Assembly: GCA_964642155.1 (NCBI GenBank) | Contig: CAZXNT010000001.1 | Coordinates: forward strand, 83 to 64,082 | Length of the DNA: 64,000 nt | Source: an uncultured Candidatus Saccharibacteria bacterium | Lineage (GTDB): Bacteria; Patescibacteriota; Minisyncoccia; UBA6257; UBA9933 | Direction of reading: 5' to 3' | Shown: one piece after another, positions 1 to 8,972 of the stretch | Layout: each line of letters begins with the position of its first letter | How positions within the stretch are numbered: the first letter of the stretch is position 1 | Notes under the pieces: model-generated | Databases searched by the model: none | Seen by the model: the letters and a program-made list of their open reading frames with translations, nothing else | Told to the model about the DNA's origin: nothing | Translations under genes and position numbers: made by a program

Positions 1-1
1 A

Positions 2-859
2 GGATTTTTTCGTTGCGGAGAATGTGGCTGTTTCATTACTACCGAAACGCAAAAAGGGCATAACTATTTACGATGTACGAAACGGAAAAATCCTTGTTCG
101 CAAAGGTATGCAAGAGAGGACGCCATCACTTCTCAAATCAGAACGGAAATACAAAAAGTTTCTTTGTCTTCCGCTTGGGCAAATGCTTCAATCAATTTTT
201 TCGAAAACGAAAAAATTAAAACTGCCCAAGCGGAAAGCTCTTTCGCCCAAAAAGCGAGAGATGAGCTTGTAGAAATAGAAACAAAACTTGATCGCTTGCT
301 TGATTTACAACTGGACGGCAATTTGTCGCAAACGGAATACACTGCAAAAAAGTACAAGCTCGTTCTCGCTAAAAAAGATTTGGAAGAAAAAATCTCCGCT
401 TTTGGGCGAAAGAGCAATAATCGGTTCGAACTTGCCATTGCCTTTCTAAAAGAAGCCAACCAAGCCGAAAAATACGCTCAACAAGAAAATCCCGAAAGGA
501 TTCGGGATTTTCTCAAAAAGATTGGTTCGAACTTCCGCATTGCCGACCGCACTTTGGTTTTGGATTTCAAAAATGCCTTTAAAATTGCGGAAAAATACCA
601 TGCCGAGGCGCAACGCGCCGAGGCAACTTCTTACGATTTTTCTGAAAGTACAAATTGGCGGAGAGGGTGGGATTTGAACCCACGATACCGGTTAAGGTAT
701 GCCATCTTTCTCCCGCACATAGCGGAAAGGGCGAGATTCGAACTCGCGGTACCTTGCGGTACACAGTCTTTCCAGGACTGCCGTTTAAACCACTCACGCA
801 CCTTTCCGCTATGTGCGGGATTGCGGTTTATAACTAAAATTATACTAAATTTTAGATAA
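2..859 (+). CDS. Large serine recombinase, C-terminal part (5'-truncated by window edge)
   Basis: Frame 2 from base 2 reads GFFRCGECGCFITTETQKGHNYLRCTKRKNPC (recombinase zinc ribbon), then a coiled coil; the ORF runs on through tRNA sequence (WRRGWDLNPR). Confidence 0.8.
   Translation, partial: GFFRCGECGCFITTETQKGHNYLRCTKRKNPCSQRYAREDAITSQIRTEIQKVSLSSAWANASINFFENEKIKTAQAESSFAQKARDELVEIETKLDRLLDLQLDGNLSQTEYTAKKYKLVLAKKDLEEKISAFGRKSNNRFELAIAFLKEANQAEKYAQQENPERIRDFLKKIGSNFRIADRTLVLDFKNAFKIAEKYHAEAQRAEATSYDFSESTNWRRGWDLNPRYRLRYAIFLPHIAERARFELAVPCGTQSFQDCRLNHSRTFPLCAGLRFITKIILNFR
656..700 (-). other. 3' fragment of a tRNA-Ser-like gene (variable arm, T arm, CCA); probable att site
   Basis: Reverse complement ATACCTTAACCGGTATCGTGGGTTCAAATCCCACCCTCTCCGCCA; no 5' half; overlaps the recombinase 3' end. 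Confidence 0.75.
723..807 (-). tRNA. tRNA-Ser(GGA)
   Basis: GGAAAGG/CCTTTCC acceptor, anticodon arm CAGTC-CTGGAAA-GACTG, long variable arm, TTCGAAT T loop. Confidence 0.95.
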
Positions 860-923
860 ACCGAGAACAATATGGTACACTATGCCGCTATGCGACCCCT
901 CCATTTTAAGTAAAATTATTATT

Positions 924-1619
924 TTACAATTTATTACGTTCCGCTTTTTCTTTTTCTAAGACTTGTGAATAAGTTTTGACGCGATTTTTCCCCTCTCCTT
1001 TGGCTAAATACATCGCTTCATCTCCCCGTTTTATTAATTCTTCGAAGCCAACGCCGGACTCAAAAGAACTAATGCCGATGCTTAAAGAAACTTTTAAACT
1101 GGAATATTTCGGATTGTCTCTATATTTTTCCTCAATCTTCTCCTCAACCGCCTTTCTTAATTTCTCGGCTTTCTCCACCGCTTTTTTTTCATCGGCGCCC
1201 AATAAACTTATTACTATTTCTTCGCCTCCCCAACGACAAGCCGTATCGCTTTTCCTGATATTTTCTTTAATAATCCAAGCCACTTCTTTCAAAATTTTAT
1301 CTCCAAAATCATGCCCATAAATATCATTAACTTTTTTAAAATAATCAATGTCGCAGAATAAAAAACTGACAGATTTAAAACCTTCTTTTCTATTTTCAGT
1401 TTCTGTTTCCGGGGAAATAATACTAAACACATCTTGTTGCGATTTTTCCGTAAAAAACTTTCTTCCTTTTAAACCAGTCAATTCATCGTGCATTAAGTTT
1501 TCCACCTCATCTTTCAATTCTTTATTCTCCGCCCTTAATCTTTCAATTTTCTGCTTTAAAACTTCAACATTTTCTTCTTCATTATTAATTGAATTGTGCT
1601 TTTTTTCTATATTATTCAT
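924..1619 (-). CDS. GGDEF-domain diguanylate cyclase with N-terminal coiled coil
   Basis: HDELTGL, DIDYFKKVNDIYGHDFGD, RWGGEE motifs. Confidence 0.92.
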   Translation of the reverse strand: MNNIEKKHNSINNEEENVEVLKQKIERLRAENKELKDEVENLMHDELTGLKGRKFFTEKSQQDVFSIISPETETENRKEGFKSVSFLFCDIDYFKKVNDIYGHDFGDKILKEVAWIIKENIRKSDTACRWGGEEIVISLLGADEKKAVEKAEKLRKAVEEKIEEKYRDNPKYSSLKVSLSIGISSFESGVGFEELIKRGDEAMYLAKGEGKNRVKTYSQVLEKEKAERNKL

Positions 1620-2530
1620 ATTTTTAATCCTCTTAATGCTTTCAATCTTTCTTCAACCGGCGGGTGGGTCATAAAAAGTTTATGCAACCAATTAACTTTT
1701 TTACCTATTCCGATGCCGTGTGTAAACGGGTCGTCAAACCAAAGATGAGATGTTGTGTTTTTAGCAACCGGCAATGGCGTCGGGTCAGAAGCGATTTTCT
1801 CCAAAGCGCTCGCCAAGCCCTCGGGATAACGGGTTAAAAGCGCGCCCGAAGCATCCGCCAAAAATTCCCTTTTTCTAGAAATCGCCATTTGCATCAACAT
1901 AGCGGCGATGGGCGCCAAAATCGCCAAAACGATTCCGACAATCATCATAATCGCCTGCGCTTGTCCTCCACCTTCTCTGTTTCTACGTCCTCCCCCGAAA
2001 AATGTTGAACGCAAAAATATATCGGAAAGAATGGAAATAAACCCGACCAGAACAACCACGGCGGTTGATAAAAGCATATCACGGTTCCCAATGTGCGACA
2101 ATTCATGGGCAATTACGCCTTCCAATTCTGTTTTGTTTAACTTCCCCAAAAGCCCTTTTGTCACCGCCACAACCGCGTGTTCCGGATTTCTGCCTGTGGC
2201 AAAAGCGTTCGGCTGGACTTCATCAATAATATAAATCTTCGGCAAAGGCAAACCGGCGGTAATCGCCAGATTTTCAACAATATTATAAAGTTCAGGATTG
2301 TCCTTTTTTTCAATCGGTTGCGCCCGCGCCATTTTTAAAACAATTTTATCGGAAAACCAATAAGCGACAACGTTCATTACAATGCTGAAAAAAACGGCAA
2401 AATATAAAATTGACGAATTATTATAAACTCCGCCGAAAAACCAGCCAATACCGATAACAACAATTAAAAAAGCCGTAAAGAGCAGCCATGTTTTGCGAAT
2501 ATTAGAATCTTTTTGATTATATAGTGTCAT
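1616..2530 (-). CDS. htpX: Zinc metalloprotease HtpX (M48)
   Basis: PNAFATG, AHELSH, SRKREFLAD, THPPVEER. Confidence 0.95.
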   Translation of the reverse strand: MTLYNQKDSNIRKTWLLFTAFLIVVIGIGWFFGGVYNNSSILYFAVFFSIVMNVVAYWFSDKIVLKMARAQPIEKKDNPELYNIVENLAITAGLPLPKIYIIDEVQPNAFATGRNPEHAVVAVTKGLLGKLNKTELEGVIAHELSHIGNRDMLLSTAVVVLVGFISILSDIFLRSTFFGGGRRNREGGGQAQAIMMIVGIVLAILAPIAAMLMQMAISRKREFLADASGALLTRYPEGLASALEKIASDPTPLPVAKNTTSHLWFDDPFTHGIGIGKKVNWLHKLFMTHPPVEERLKALRGLKI

Positions 2531-3546
2531 AGTTTTACAATGTCTTTGATTGTAATCGCTATCATCAATAAAATTAACAAAGCAAGGCCGATACCGTTAG
2601 CCATTTTTTCAAATTTCGGATTCAGCGGCGAACCTTTTATTTTTTCAATCGCCAAAAAAAGCAATCTTCCGCCGTCCAACGCCGGAAAAGGCAAGATATT
2701 AATTACCGCCAAATTCAGAGAAATCATCACCAAAAGCTGAAGCAAATAAACAATTCCCAAGGTGCCGGCTTGCGCCGTAAGTTTAACAATGCCAACTGGT
2801 CCCGCGACTTGTTCCATACTCGCTTTACCGACAATTGCTTTGGCAATTAAATTAAAAATCGCGACAAAAATCATTTTTGTCATTTCAATGGAAGTTTTTA
2901 ATCCCTCCCAAAGACTTTCCCCTATATTTTTTTTAGGCAATCCAGCGCCAATCAAACCGATTCCCAAGGCGCCTTCGCCGTTAGGCGTATTTTCAATAAT
3001 TCTCGGAATAACTTTCAAATCTAAATCATCGCCGTTTCTCCCTATTTTTAAATTAATTTCTTTACCCCTATTTTCATTGATGTAATTGATAAATTCCTCA
3101 GTGGTGTTGTATCCGATAATTTTATCATTAGCTTGAAGCCTGATTTCAGCCGCCGGACTGTTCGCTTTAACATCGGTGATTATGACCGCTTGCGGAACGC
3201 CGATTGAAAAAACCAAAGAAATCACCAGCCAAGCGAGCAAAAAATTGAATAAAACGCCAGCCGAAATAATAATAGTCCGTTGCCAAATTTTCAAAGACGC
3301 GAAATTTCTTTCCATTGACGAATCCCCGCCGTCCTCGCCAAAAATCTTGACGAATCCGCCAAACGGCAAAGCATTCACGCTGTAAACCGTTTCCCCGATT
3401 TTTTTGCTCCAAATTTTTGGCGGGAAACCAAAACCGAATTCTTCAACCAATAAGCCAAATTTCTTGGCAGCTAAAAAATGTCCGGCTTCATGAACTAAAA
3501 TCAAAATTGATAAAAATATTATGACGAAAATGATTCCAATTAACAT
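2527..3546 (-). CDS. rseP: Site-2 protease RseP (M50, PDZ)
   Basis: HEAGH, PFGGFV, NILPFPALDGG. Confidence 0.92.
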   Translation of the reverse strand: MLIGIIFVIIFLSILILVHEAGHFLAAKKFGLLVEEFGFGFPPKIWSKKIGETVYSVNALPFGGFVKIFGEDGGDSSMERNFASLKIWQRTIIISAGVLFNFLLAWLVISLVFSIGVPQAVIITDVKANSPAAEIRLQANDKIIGYNTTEEFINYINENRGKEINLKIGRNGDDLDLKVIPRIIENTPNGEGALGIGLIGAGLPKKNIGESLWEGLKTSIEMTKMIFVAIFNLIAKAIVGKASMEQVAGPVGIVKLTAQAGTLGIVYLLQLLVMISLNLAVINILPFPALDGGRLLFLAIEKIKGSPLNPKFEKMANGIGLALLILLMIAITIKDIVKL

Positions 3547-3548
3547 AT

Positions 3549-4091
3549 TTATTCCTCTATTTCTTTTATTTTTTTCTCCAACATCTCTCCAATATCTTTA
3601 TTCGCCTTGTCAATTGATTTTTGAATCTGTTCTTTCAATTTAAATTTTTGGTCTTCGGTAATTTCTCCTCTTTCTTCCTGCTGGCCGATTTTTTTATTCT
3701 CTTCATCGCGCAGATGCCTAATTTTAATTTTCGTTTCTTCAGATTCCTTTTTAACCACTTTTACCAATTCTTGCCGGCGTTCGGCTGACAACGGCGGTAA
3801 ATTAATTCTTATCAAATTACCGTCCGTATTGGCGCTCACATTTAAATTTGACGACTCAATCGCCTTGACAACAATAGAAACCGCTTGCTTATCCCAAATT
3901 GAAATTAAAATTTCTCGCGGTGGATTAATACTAATTGAACCCACTTGTTTAAGCGGCATTCTCTGCCCGAAATAATCAACTAAAATATCTTCCACCAATT
4001 TTGGCGAAGGCCGACCGCCGCGCACAACGGCAAACTGGCTTTTCAAATATTCCAAAGATTCTTTAATTTTTTGTTCCAAATTTTGAATCAT
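3549..4091 (-). CDS. frr: Ribosome recycling factor
   Basis: VRGGRPSP, IRINLPPLSAERRQEL. Confidence 0.95.
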   Translation of the reverse strand: MIQNLEQKIKESLEYLKSQFAVVRGGRPSPKLVEDILVDYFGQRMPLKQVGSISINPPREILISIWDKQAVSIVVKAIESSNLNVSANTDGNLIRINLPPLSAERRQELVKVVKKESEETKIKIRHLRDEENKKIGQQEERGEITEDQKFKLKEQIQKSIDKANKDIGEMLEKKIKEIEE

Positions 4092-4094
4092 ATT

Positions 4095-4241
4095 TTACTT
4101 AAAAACATCAATAATTGACGCCAGCAGATGTTGCGGTACGCTTAAAATCGTATAAATAATTCCCGGTACGTTTTTCAAATAACCCTTAAAAAAAGAAATG
4201 AGAAATCCTCCCCAAATTATTATTAAAACCGCGATAGGCAT
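4095..4241 (-). CDS. Possible 48-aa membrane peptide
   Basis: ATG-TAA ORF MPIAVLIIIWGGFLISFFKGYLKNVPGIIYTILSVPQHLLASIIDVFK fills the gap between holB-like and frr, same strand. Confidence 0.35.
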   Translation of the reverse strand: MPIAVLIIIWGGFLISFFKGYLKNVPGIIYTILSVPQHLLASIIDVFK

Positions 4242-4924
4242 TTTAATTGTAATTTTTTATTCGTATTGAACCTTTTAATTAAAGTTAACCGCTTTAACGC
4301 CTCTTTTAATTGACTGATATTTTTCACCGGGTCTTTCCGCAGTTCAGCGATTAAACTTTTAAAATACTCATCTATTTTATCCTTTTCAATAATTTCTTCA
4401 AGCCCCATTTTTAATATTTTAATTTGCTCTTTTTTTTCCGCATCGGTCCGTGTCAAGTCCGTATTAGTCAGCGCTTGAGGGAAATAAATTTTCTGCAAAC
4501 GCGACGTCAAGGGAGGCAAAAGAGAACTTTCGTCTTTGGCAATAAAAATAATCAAACTGGCTTCCGGCGAATCTTCAACAATTTTAAGGACCGCGTTTTG
4601 CGCTTCGGGAGTCAAATTGTCGGCATCTTTGATTATTACCGTCCTTTTTGGAGATAAAACCGGTTTTTGATATAAAAAATTTCCGATTTTTTTTGATTCA
4701 TCAATTCCTATTATGCCTTTTTCATCAGGCGAAATAATAAAACATTCTCCCAAAATGTTTTTTTCCAACGGCTTGAATTCTTTATTTTCCAAATAATTAG
4801 CGAGCGATAAAGAAAAAATTATTTTCCCCCCGCCGGCTTCGCCAAAAAAAAGATAAGCATGGCTCAATTTATTGCTGTCAGCCAGTTTTTTAAATATTGT
4901 CAATAATTTTCCGTTACCAATCAT
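4223..4924 (-). CDS. holB: DNA polymerase III delta-prime-like subunit (short)
   Basis: SHAYLFFG, ADNLTPEAQNAVLKIVEDSP, LLPPLTSR. Confidence 0.8.
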   Translation of the reverse strand: MIGNGKLLTIFKKLADSNKLSHAYLFFGEAGGGKIIFSLSLANYLENKEFKPLEKNILGECFIISPDEKGIIGIDESKKIGNFLYQKPVLSPKRTVIIKDADNLTPEAQNAVLKIVEDSPEASLIIFIAKDESSLLPPLTSRLQKIYFPQALTNTDLTRTDAEKKEQIKILKMGLEEIIEKDKIDEYFKSLIAELRKDPVKNISQLKEALKRLTLIKRFNTNKKLQLKCLSRF

Positions 4925-5075
4925 AAAAATTAGAAATCAATTTTCAATTTGCAATTATCAATTTTCATTAAATTTACAATTTTACAATTTTCAAACTTAA
5001 TTTATGTTTAAGTAAAATATTGTAAATTGATTCATTAAAAATTTATTGGAAATTAGAAATTGAAAATTTGTTTAA
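4925..5075. repeat. AT-rich intergenic element of degenerate 7-mers (CAATTTT / AAATTG) in inverted arrangement
   Basis: Shares ATTGTAAATTGATTCATT and AATTTATTGGAAATT with 63255-63351. Confidence 0.65.
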
Positions 5076-5076
5076 A

Positions 5077-6084
5077 CTATCTTTTGTTCAACAACGCTCT
5101 CTTATATGTATCCAAATGAGTCAAAATTATGCCGGAACCGCGGGCAACGCAAAACAACGGCTCTTCGGCAACATAAGCATTAACGTTAAAAATTCTTTTA
5201 AAAAATTCTGCTAAATTCATAATTTGCGAACTGCCGCCGGATAAAATAATCCCCTTTTCCATCACATCGGCAACAAGCTCCGGAGGAGTTTCATTGAAAA
5301 CTTTTTTAATCGCCGCCGCGATTTCCATCAAATAAGGATTAATGGCTTCGGCAATTTCATTTGAATTAATAAGAACGTCTTTAGGCATTCCAGTGATTAA
5401 ATCCCTCCCCCTGACCTGACAGCTTAATTTATTTTTCATGGGCAATGCCGAACCGATTTCAATTTTAATATTCTCAGCGGTCTGTTCGCCAATCGCCAGC
5501 GAATGTTTCTTTTTCAAATAGTCGGCTATCGCTTGGTCAAATTTGTTGCCCGCTATCCTCACGCTTGCCCAGGAGACAATTCCGCCTAAAGAAATTATCG
5601 CCACCTCCGCCGTGCCACCGCCGATATTAACAATCATATTTCCAGAACGGGCGTTAATAGGAATACCCGCGCCCAAAGCCGCTAAAATCGGTTCTCTGAT
5701 AATATACGCTTCCTTGGCGCCGGCTTCTTTCGTCGCGTTGATAATCGCCCTTCTTTCCGTTTGAGTTATACCGGCCGGAGCGGAAACAACTACATCGGGC
5801 CTGATAATATTAAACTGACCGATTGCCGAAGAAATAAAATATTTCAACATTGCCCTAGTAATGTAATAGTCCGCGATAACGCCATCCCTGAGGGGCTGAT
5901 ACGGCTTAATATCGTCCGGCGTTCTGCCAATCATTTCTTTCGCTTCTCTGCCAACCGCCATAACTGAATTTTCCGGCATACTTAAAGCCACGATGGTTGG
6001 TTCGTTAATAATAAACCCGCGTCCCGGAACAAAAACAACTGTATTAGTCGTTCCCAAATCTATACCGATTTTTCTAATAAACAT
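5077..6084 (-). CDS. mreB: Rod shape-determining protein MreB
   Basis: IGIDLGTTNT, EPTIVA, PLRDGVIAD, GGGTAEVA. Confidence 0.95.
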   Translation of the reverse strand: MFIRKIGIDLGTTNTVVFVPGRGFIINEPTIVALSMPENSVMAVGREAKEMIGRTPDDIKPYQPLRDGVIADYYITRAMLKYFISSAIGQFNIIRPDVVVSAPAGITQTERRAIINATKEAGAKEAYIIREPILAALGAGIPINARSGNMIVNIGGGTAEVAIISLGGIVSWASVRIAGNKFDQAIADYLKKKHSLAIGEQTAENIKIEIGSALPMKNKLSCQVRGRDLITGMPKDVLINSNEIAEAINPYLMEIAAAIKKVFNETPPELVADVMEKGIILSGGSSQIMNLAEFFKRIFNVNAYVAEEPLFCVARGSGIILTHLDTYKRALLNKR

Positions 6085-6242
6085 CCCTCACCCTTCAAAG
6101 ATCTATTTTACTCTTGCTATCTTATAGGATAGCAAGAGTAAAATAAAATTCTTTAAATTATTATTTTATTAAAATTATTTGCCTATTCTTTAATCCTTCT
6201 CCTTTTAAATATTAATAATTTTTAATCTTTGAAGGGTGAGGG
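6085..6242. mobile_element. MITE-like element, copy 1
   Basis: 18-bp perfect TIR CCCTCACCCTTCAAAGAT...ATCTTTGAAGGGTGAGGG, internal hairpin, AT on both flanks; second copy at 14307-14458. Confidence 0.85.
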
Positions 6243-6243
6243 A

Positions 6244-7539
6244 TTAAATTCTTTTTATGCTTGCTCCCAACTTATTTAATCTTTCATCTACTTTTTCATA
6301 TCCCCTGTCAATTTCTTCCACGCCGTCTATTGTTGATTCGCCTTCGGCGATTAAAGTCGCAATCAAATGAGCCATTCCGGCGCGCAAATCCGGAACTTTT
6401 AAATTTCTCCCCCTCAACGGCGTTGGTCCGGAAATTACCGCGCTGTGCGGATGGTTCTCGCCGTTAAAACGGCAATTCAATTCTCCCAAACACTTTGAGA
6501 ATACTTTAATGTTTGCGCCCATAAAATTCAAGTCCTCAATGTAACCGAAACGATTTTCATAAACAGTTTCATGAATTACTGAAACGCCGTCCGCCTGCGT
6601 TAATAAAATAGTAAACGGCTGTTGCCAATCTGTCATAAATCCCGGGTGAGTATCTGTTTCCAATTCAATCGCCGAAAGGCCGTCGCCTCTCCAAAAAACA
6701 ATACCATCGTCTTCAACGCGATATTTCCCGCCAACTCGCCGCAAAGCGTTTAAAAACGTTATTAAATGTTCATGAATCGCTCCTTTAATTTTAATTTTAT
6801 TATTAACGCCAGCGACTCCCAAACAAGCGAAAGAAGCCGCTTCATTTCTATCCGTTATAATTTTATGCCTCACCCCTTTTAATTTTTTAACTCCTTCTAT
6901 ATAAATCATTCTGTCTGTTCCCAAGCCGATTATAGCTCCCATGTTTTGGAGCATTTTTATAAGGTCAATTATTTCCGGTTCAATCGCCGCATTTTTAATT
7001 GTAGTTTTTCCTTTGGCTAATACCGCCGCCAAAATCGTATTTTCAGTCGCGCCGACCGACGGATAACGAAGATGAATTTTCGCGCCCCTTAATCCATTGG
7101 GAACCGAAGCAATAAAAGAATTTTCCGAAACTTCAATTTCTGCCCCCAAAGATTTTAAAGCGCTTAAATGAATATCAACCGGCCGATGGCCGATTTTATC
7201 TCCTCCTAAAACCGGCACTTCGGCTCTCCCTTCGCGAGCCAATAACGGGCCAAGCGCTAAAATTGAAATTCTATTTTTTCGGCTTAAGGCCGAAGCCGTT
7301 GCGCTTTTAATGGAAGGAGTTTTAATTGACACCACCGAACCGCTTTGTTTTATTTCGCTACCAAAAGCGCGGCAAAGGTCAAACGTAATTTCCGCGTCCC
7401 CTATTTGCGGGAAATTTTCCAAAACGCATTCCTCATCAGTTAATAAAGAAGCGATTAGTGCTTTAGTCGCCGCGTTTTTTGAACCCTTAATTTCAATTTC
7501 GCCTTCTAATTTTTTATTGCCTTGAATAATGAACCTCAT
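6244..7539 (-). CDS. murA: UDP-N-acetylglucosamine 1-carboxyvinyltransferase
   Basis: GSKNA, PSVGATEN, PGFMTDWQ, PDLRAG, IDRGYE. Confidence 0.95.
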   Translation of the reverse strand: MRFIIQGNKKLEGEIEIKGSKNAATKALIASLLTDEECVLENFPQIGDAEITFDLCRAFGSEIKQSGSVVSIKTPSIKSATASALSRKNRISILALGPLLAREGRAEVPVLGGDKIGHRPVDIHLSALKSLGAEIEVSENSFIASVPNGLRGAKIHLRYPSVGATENTILAAVLAKGKTTIKNAAIEPEIIDLIKMLQNMGAIIGLGTDRMIYIEGVKKLKGVRHKIITDRNEAASFACLGVAGVNNKIKIKGAIHEHLITFLNALRRVGGKYRVEDDGIVFWRGDGLSAIELETDTHPGFMTDWQQPFTILLTQADGVSVIHETVYENRFGYIEDLNFMGANIKVFSKCLGELNCRFNGENHPHSAVISGPTPLRGRNLKVPDLRAGMAHLIATLIAEGESTIDGVEEIDRGYEKVDERLNKLGASIKRI

Positions 7540-7631
7540 AATGATATTATTATTTAAAATTGGCTTTTACGCAATTGATTATTATGATATACTTAAAATC
7601 AAGGTCGGTTTAAAAATATGAAAATAAAAAA

Positions 7632-8126
7632 ATGGAAGAAACAAAAGGAAAATATATTTGGGGATTATTAAGAATAGGAATCGGCTGGATTTTTTTCTGG
7701 GCTTTTATTGATAAAGTTTTCGGACTTGGTTTCGCCACGATAGCGGGCAAAGGATGGATTGACGGCGTCTCGCCGACATTCGGATTTCTTAAATTCGCCG
7801 CCAAAGGACCGTTTATTAATTTTTATCAGGGATTAGCGGGAAACCCGATTATAGATTGGCTATTTATGGCGGGTTGCTTGGGCATCGGCATTTCGTTTTT
7901 ACTCGGCATTGGCATGAGAATCGCCACTTATTCCGGAATATTGATGTATGTCTTGATGTATACTGCCGGTTTTATTTTGCCGGAACATAATCCGTTTTTA
8001 GACGAACATATAATGTATCCTCTTCTTATGCTGGGTTTAATGAAGATAAAAGCGGGCCGATGGCTCGGCTTGAGCGAATGGTGGAGCAATACGGCTCTGG
8101 TGCGAAAATTTCGCATTTTGGAATAA
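7632..8126 (+). CDS. DoxX/DoxD-family membrane protein
   Basis: LLRIGIGWIFFWAFIDK, NPFLDEH, several TM segments. Confidence 0.75.
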   Translation: MEETKGKYIWGLLRIGIGWIFFWAFIDKVFGLGFATIAGKGWIDGVSPTFGFLKFAAKGPFINFYQGLAGNPIIDWLFMAGCLGIGISFLLGIGMRIATYSGILMYVLMYTAGFILPEHNPFLDEHIMYPLLMLGLMKIKAGRWLGLSEWWSNTALVRKFRILE

Positions 8127-8138
8127 AATAAATAGGCA

Positions 8139-8972
8139 ATGTTTTTAAAAATCAGAAAGTTCATAACTGAATACACATCCGGTTTGCCTCTTTTTCTATG
8201 GTCGGTCGCCGGAATCGGCATGGCGGCTTTTGCTTTTTTATTCAGAAATAACGAGTATATATATTTTGAAAAACTGAAATACATTTTTTTGATTTCAGCC
8301 ACATGGATAATCTTAAGCGATATTTCAAAAAAAAGAGGATTCCTGAATAAAACTGTCCATTTTATAATTGACAGCGTCGTTTATATTTTTCTCTATACGG
8401 GAATCGTCTATTTCAGCGGAGGAATTGCCGGCGGGCTTAGTTTTGTTTTTTTTCTTGGCGCGGTATCGGCCCCGTTTTTCGGCAATAATCTGCAAACCAC
8501 CGTTTTCTTGATTGCTCTTGGAATAGCCAGATTTTTTATCTATCGTTTTACCGCCACGGAAATAAATTTATACAACGATTTTTTAATATCCCTGGAAGTT
8601 TTGTTTTATTTCATTATGGCCGGAGTCATTAGATTTTCTTTGCTGGAAATAAATAGGGCTGAAACGGAAAAAAGATTGCTGGCAGAAAAATTTGTAAAAG
8701 AATGTGAAGAAGATGTGAGAGTAAAAACAATGAGTCTGAAAGAAACGCAAAAACAATTAAAAAATATGAATACGGAACTTGAAAAAAGAGTTGTTGAGAG
8801 AACGACCGAATTGGAAGGATTAAAAAGTAATTTGGAAAAAATGGTGGAAGGAAGAACAAAAGAGCTTAAAGAAAAAGTAAAAGAATTGGAAAGATTTCAA
8901 GGCCTGATGGTCGGCCGAGAAATGAAAATGATAGAATTAAAAAAAGAAATTGAAAAAATAAAGGCAAAATGA
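8139..8972 (+). CDS. Multi-TM membrane protein with C-terminal coiled coil (sensor-like, no catalytic domain)
   Basis: About 6 TM segments, then LEKRVVERTTEL repeats and ELERFQGLMVGREMKMIELK. Confidence 0.7.
   Translation: MFLKIRKFITEYTSGLPLFLWSVAGIGMAAFAFLFRNNEYIYFEKLKYIFLISATWIILSDISKKRGFLNKTVHFIIDSVVYIFLYTGIVYFSGGIAGGLSFVFFLGAVSAPFFGNNLQTTVFLIALGIARFFIYRFTATEINLYNDFLISLEVLFYFIMAGVIRFSLLEINRAETEKRLLAEKFVKECEEDVRVKTMSLKETQKQLKNMNTELEKRVVERTTELEGLKSNLEKMVEGRTKELKEKVKELERFQGLMVGREMKMIELKKEIEKIKAK

Noticed and set aside
656-807. Intron-containing or split tRNA-Ser
   Set aside because: 723-807 is already complete, and the fragment's acceptor strand is not its match.
579-870. Short ORFs over the tRNA-Ser region
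   Set aside because: Shadow translations of tRNA sequence.
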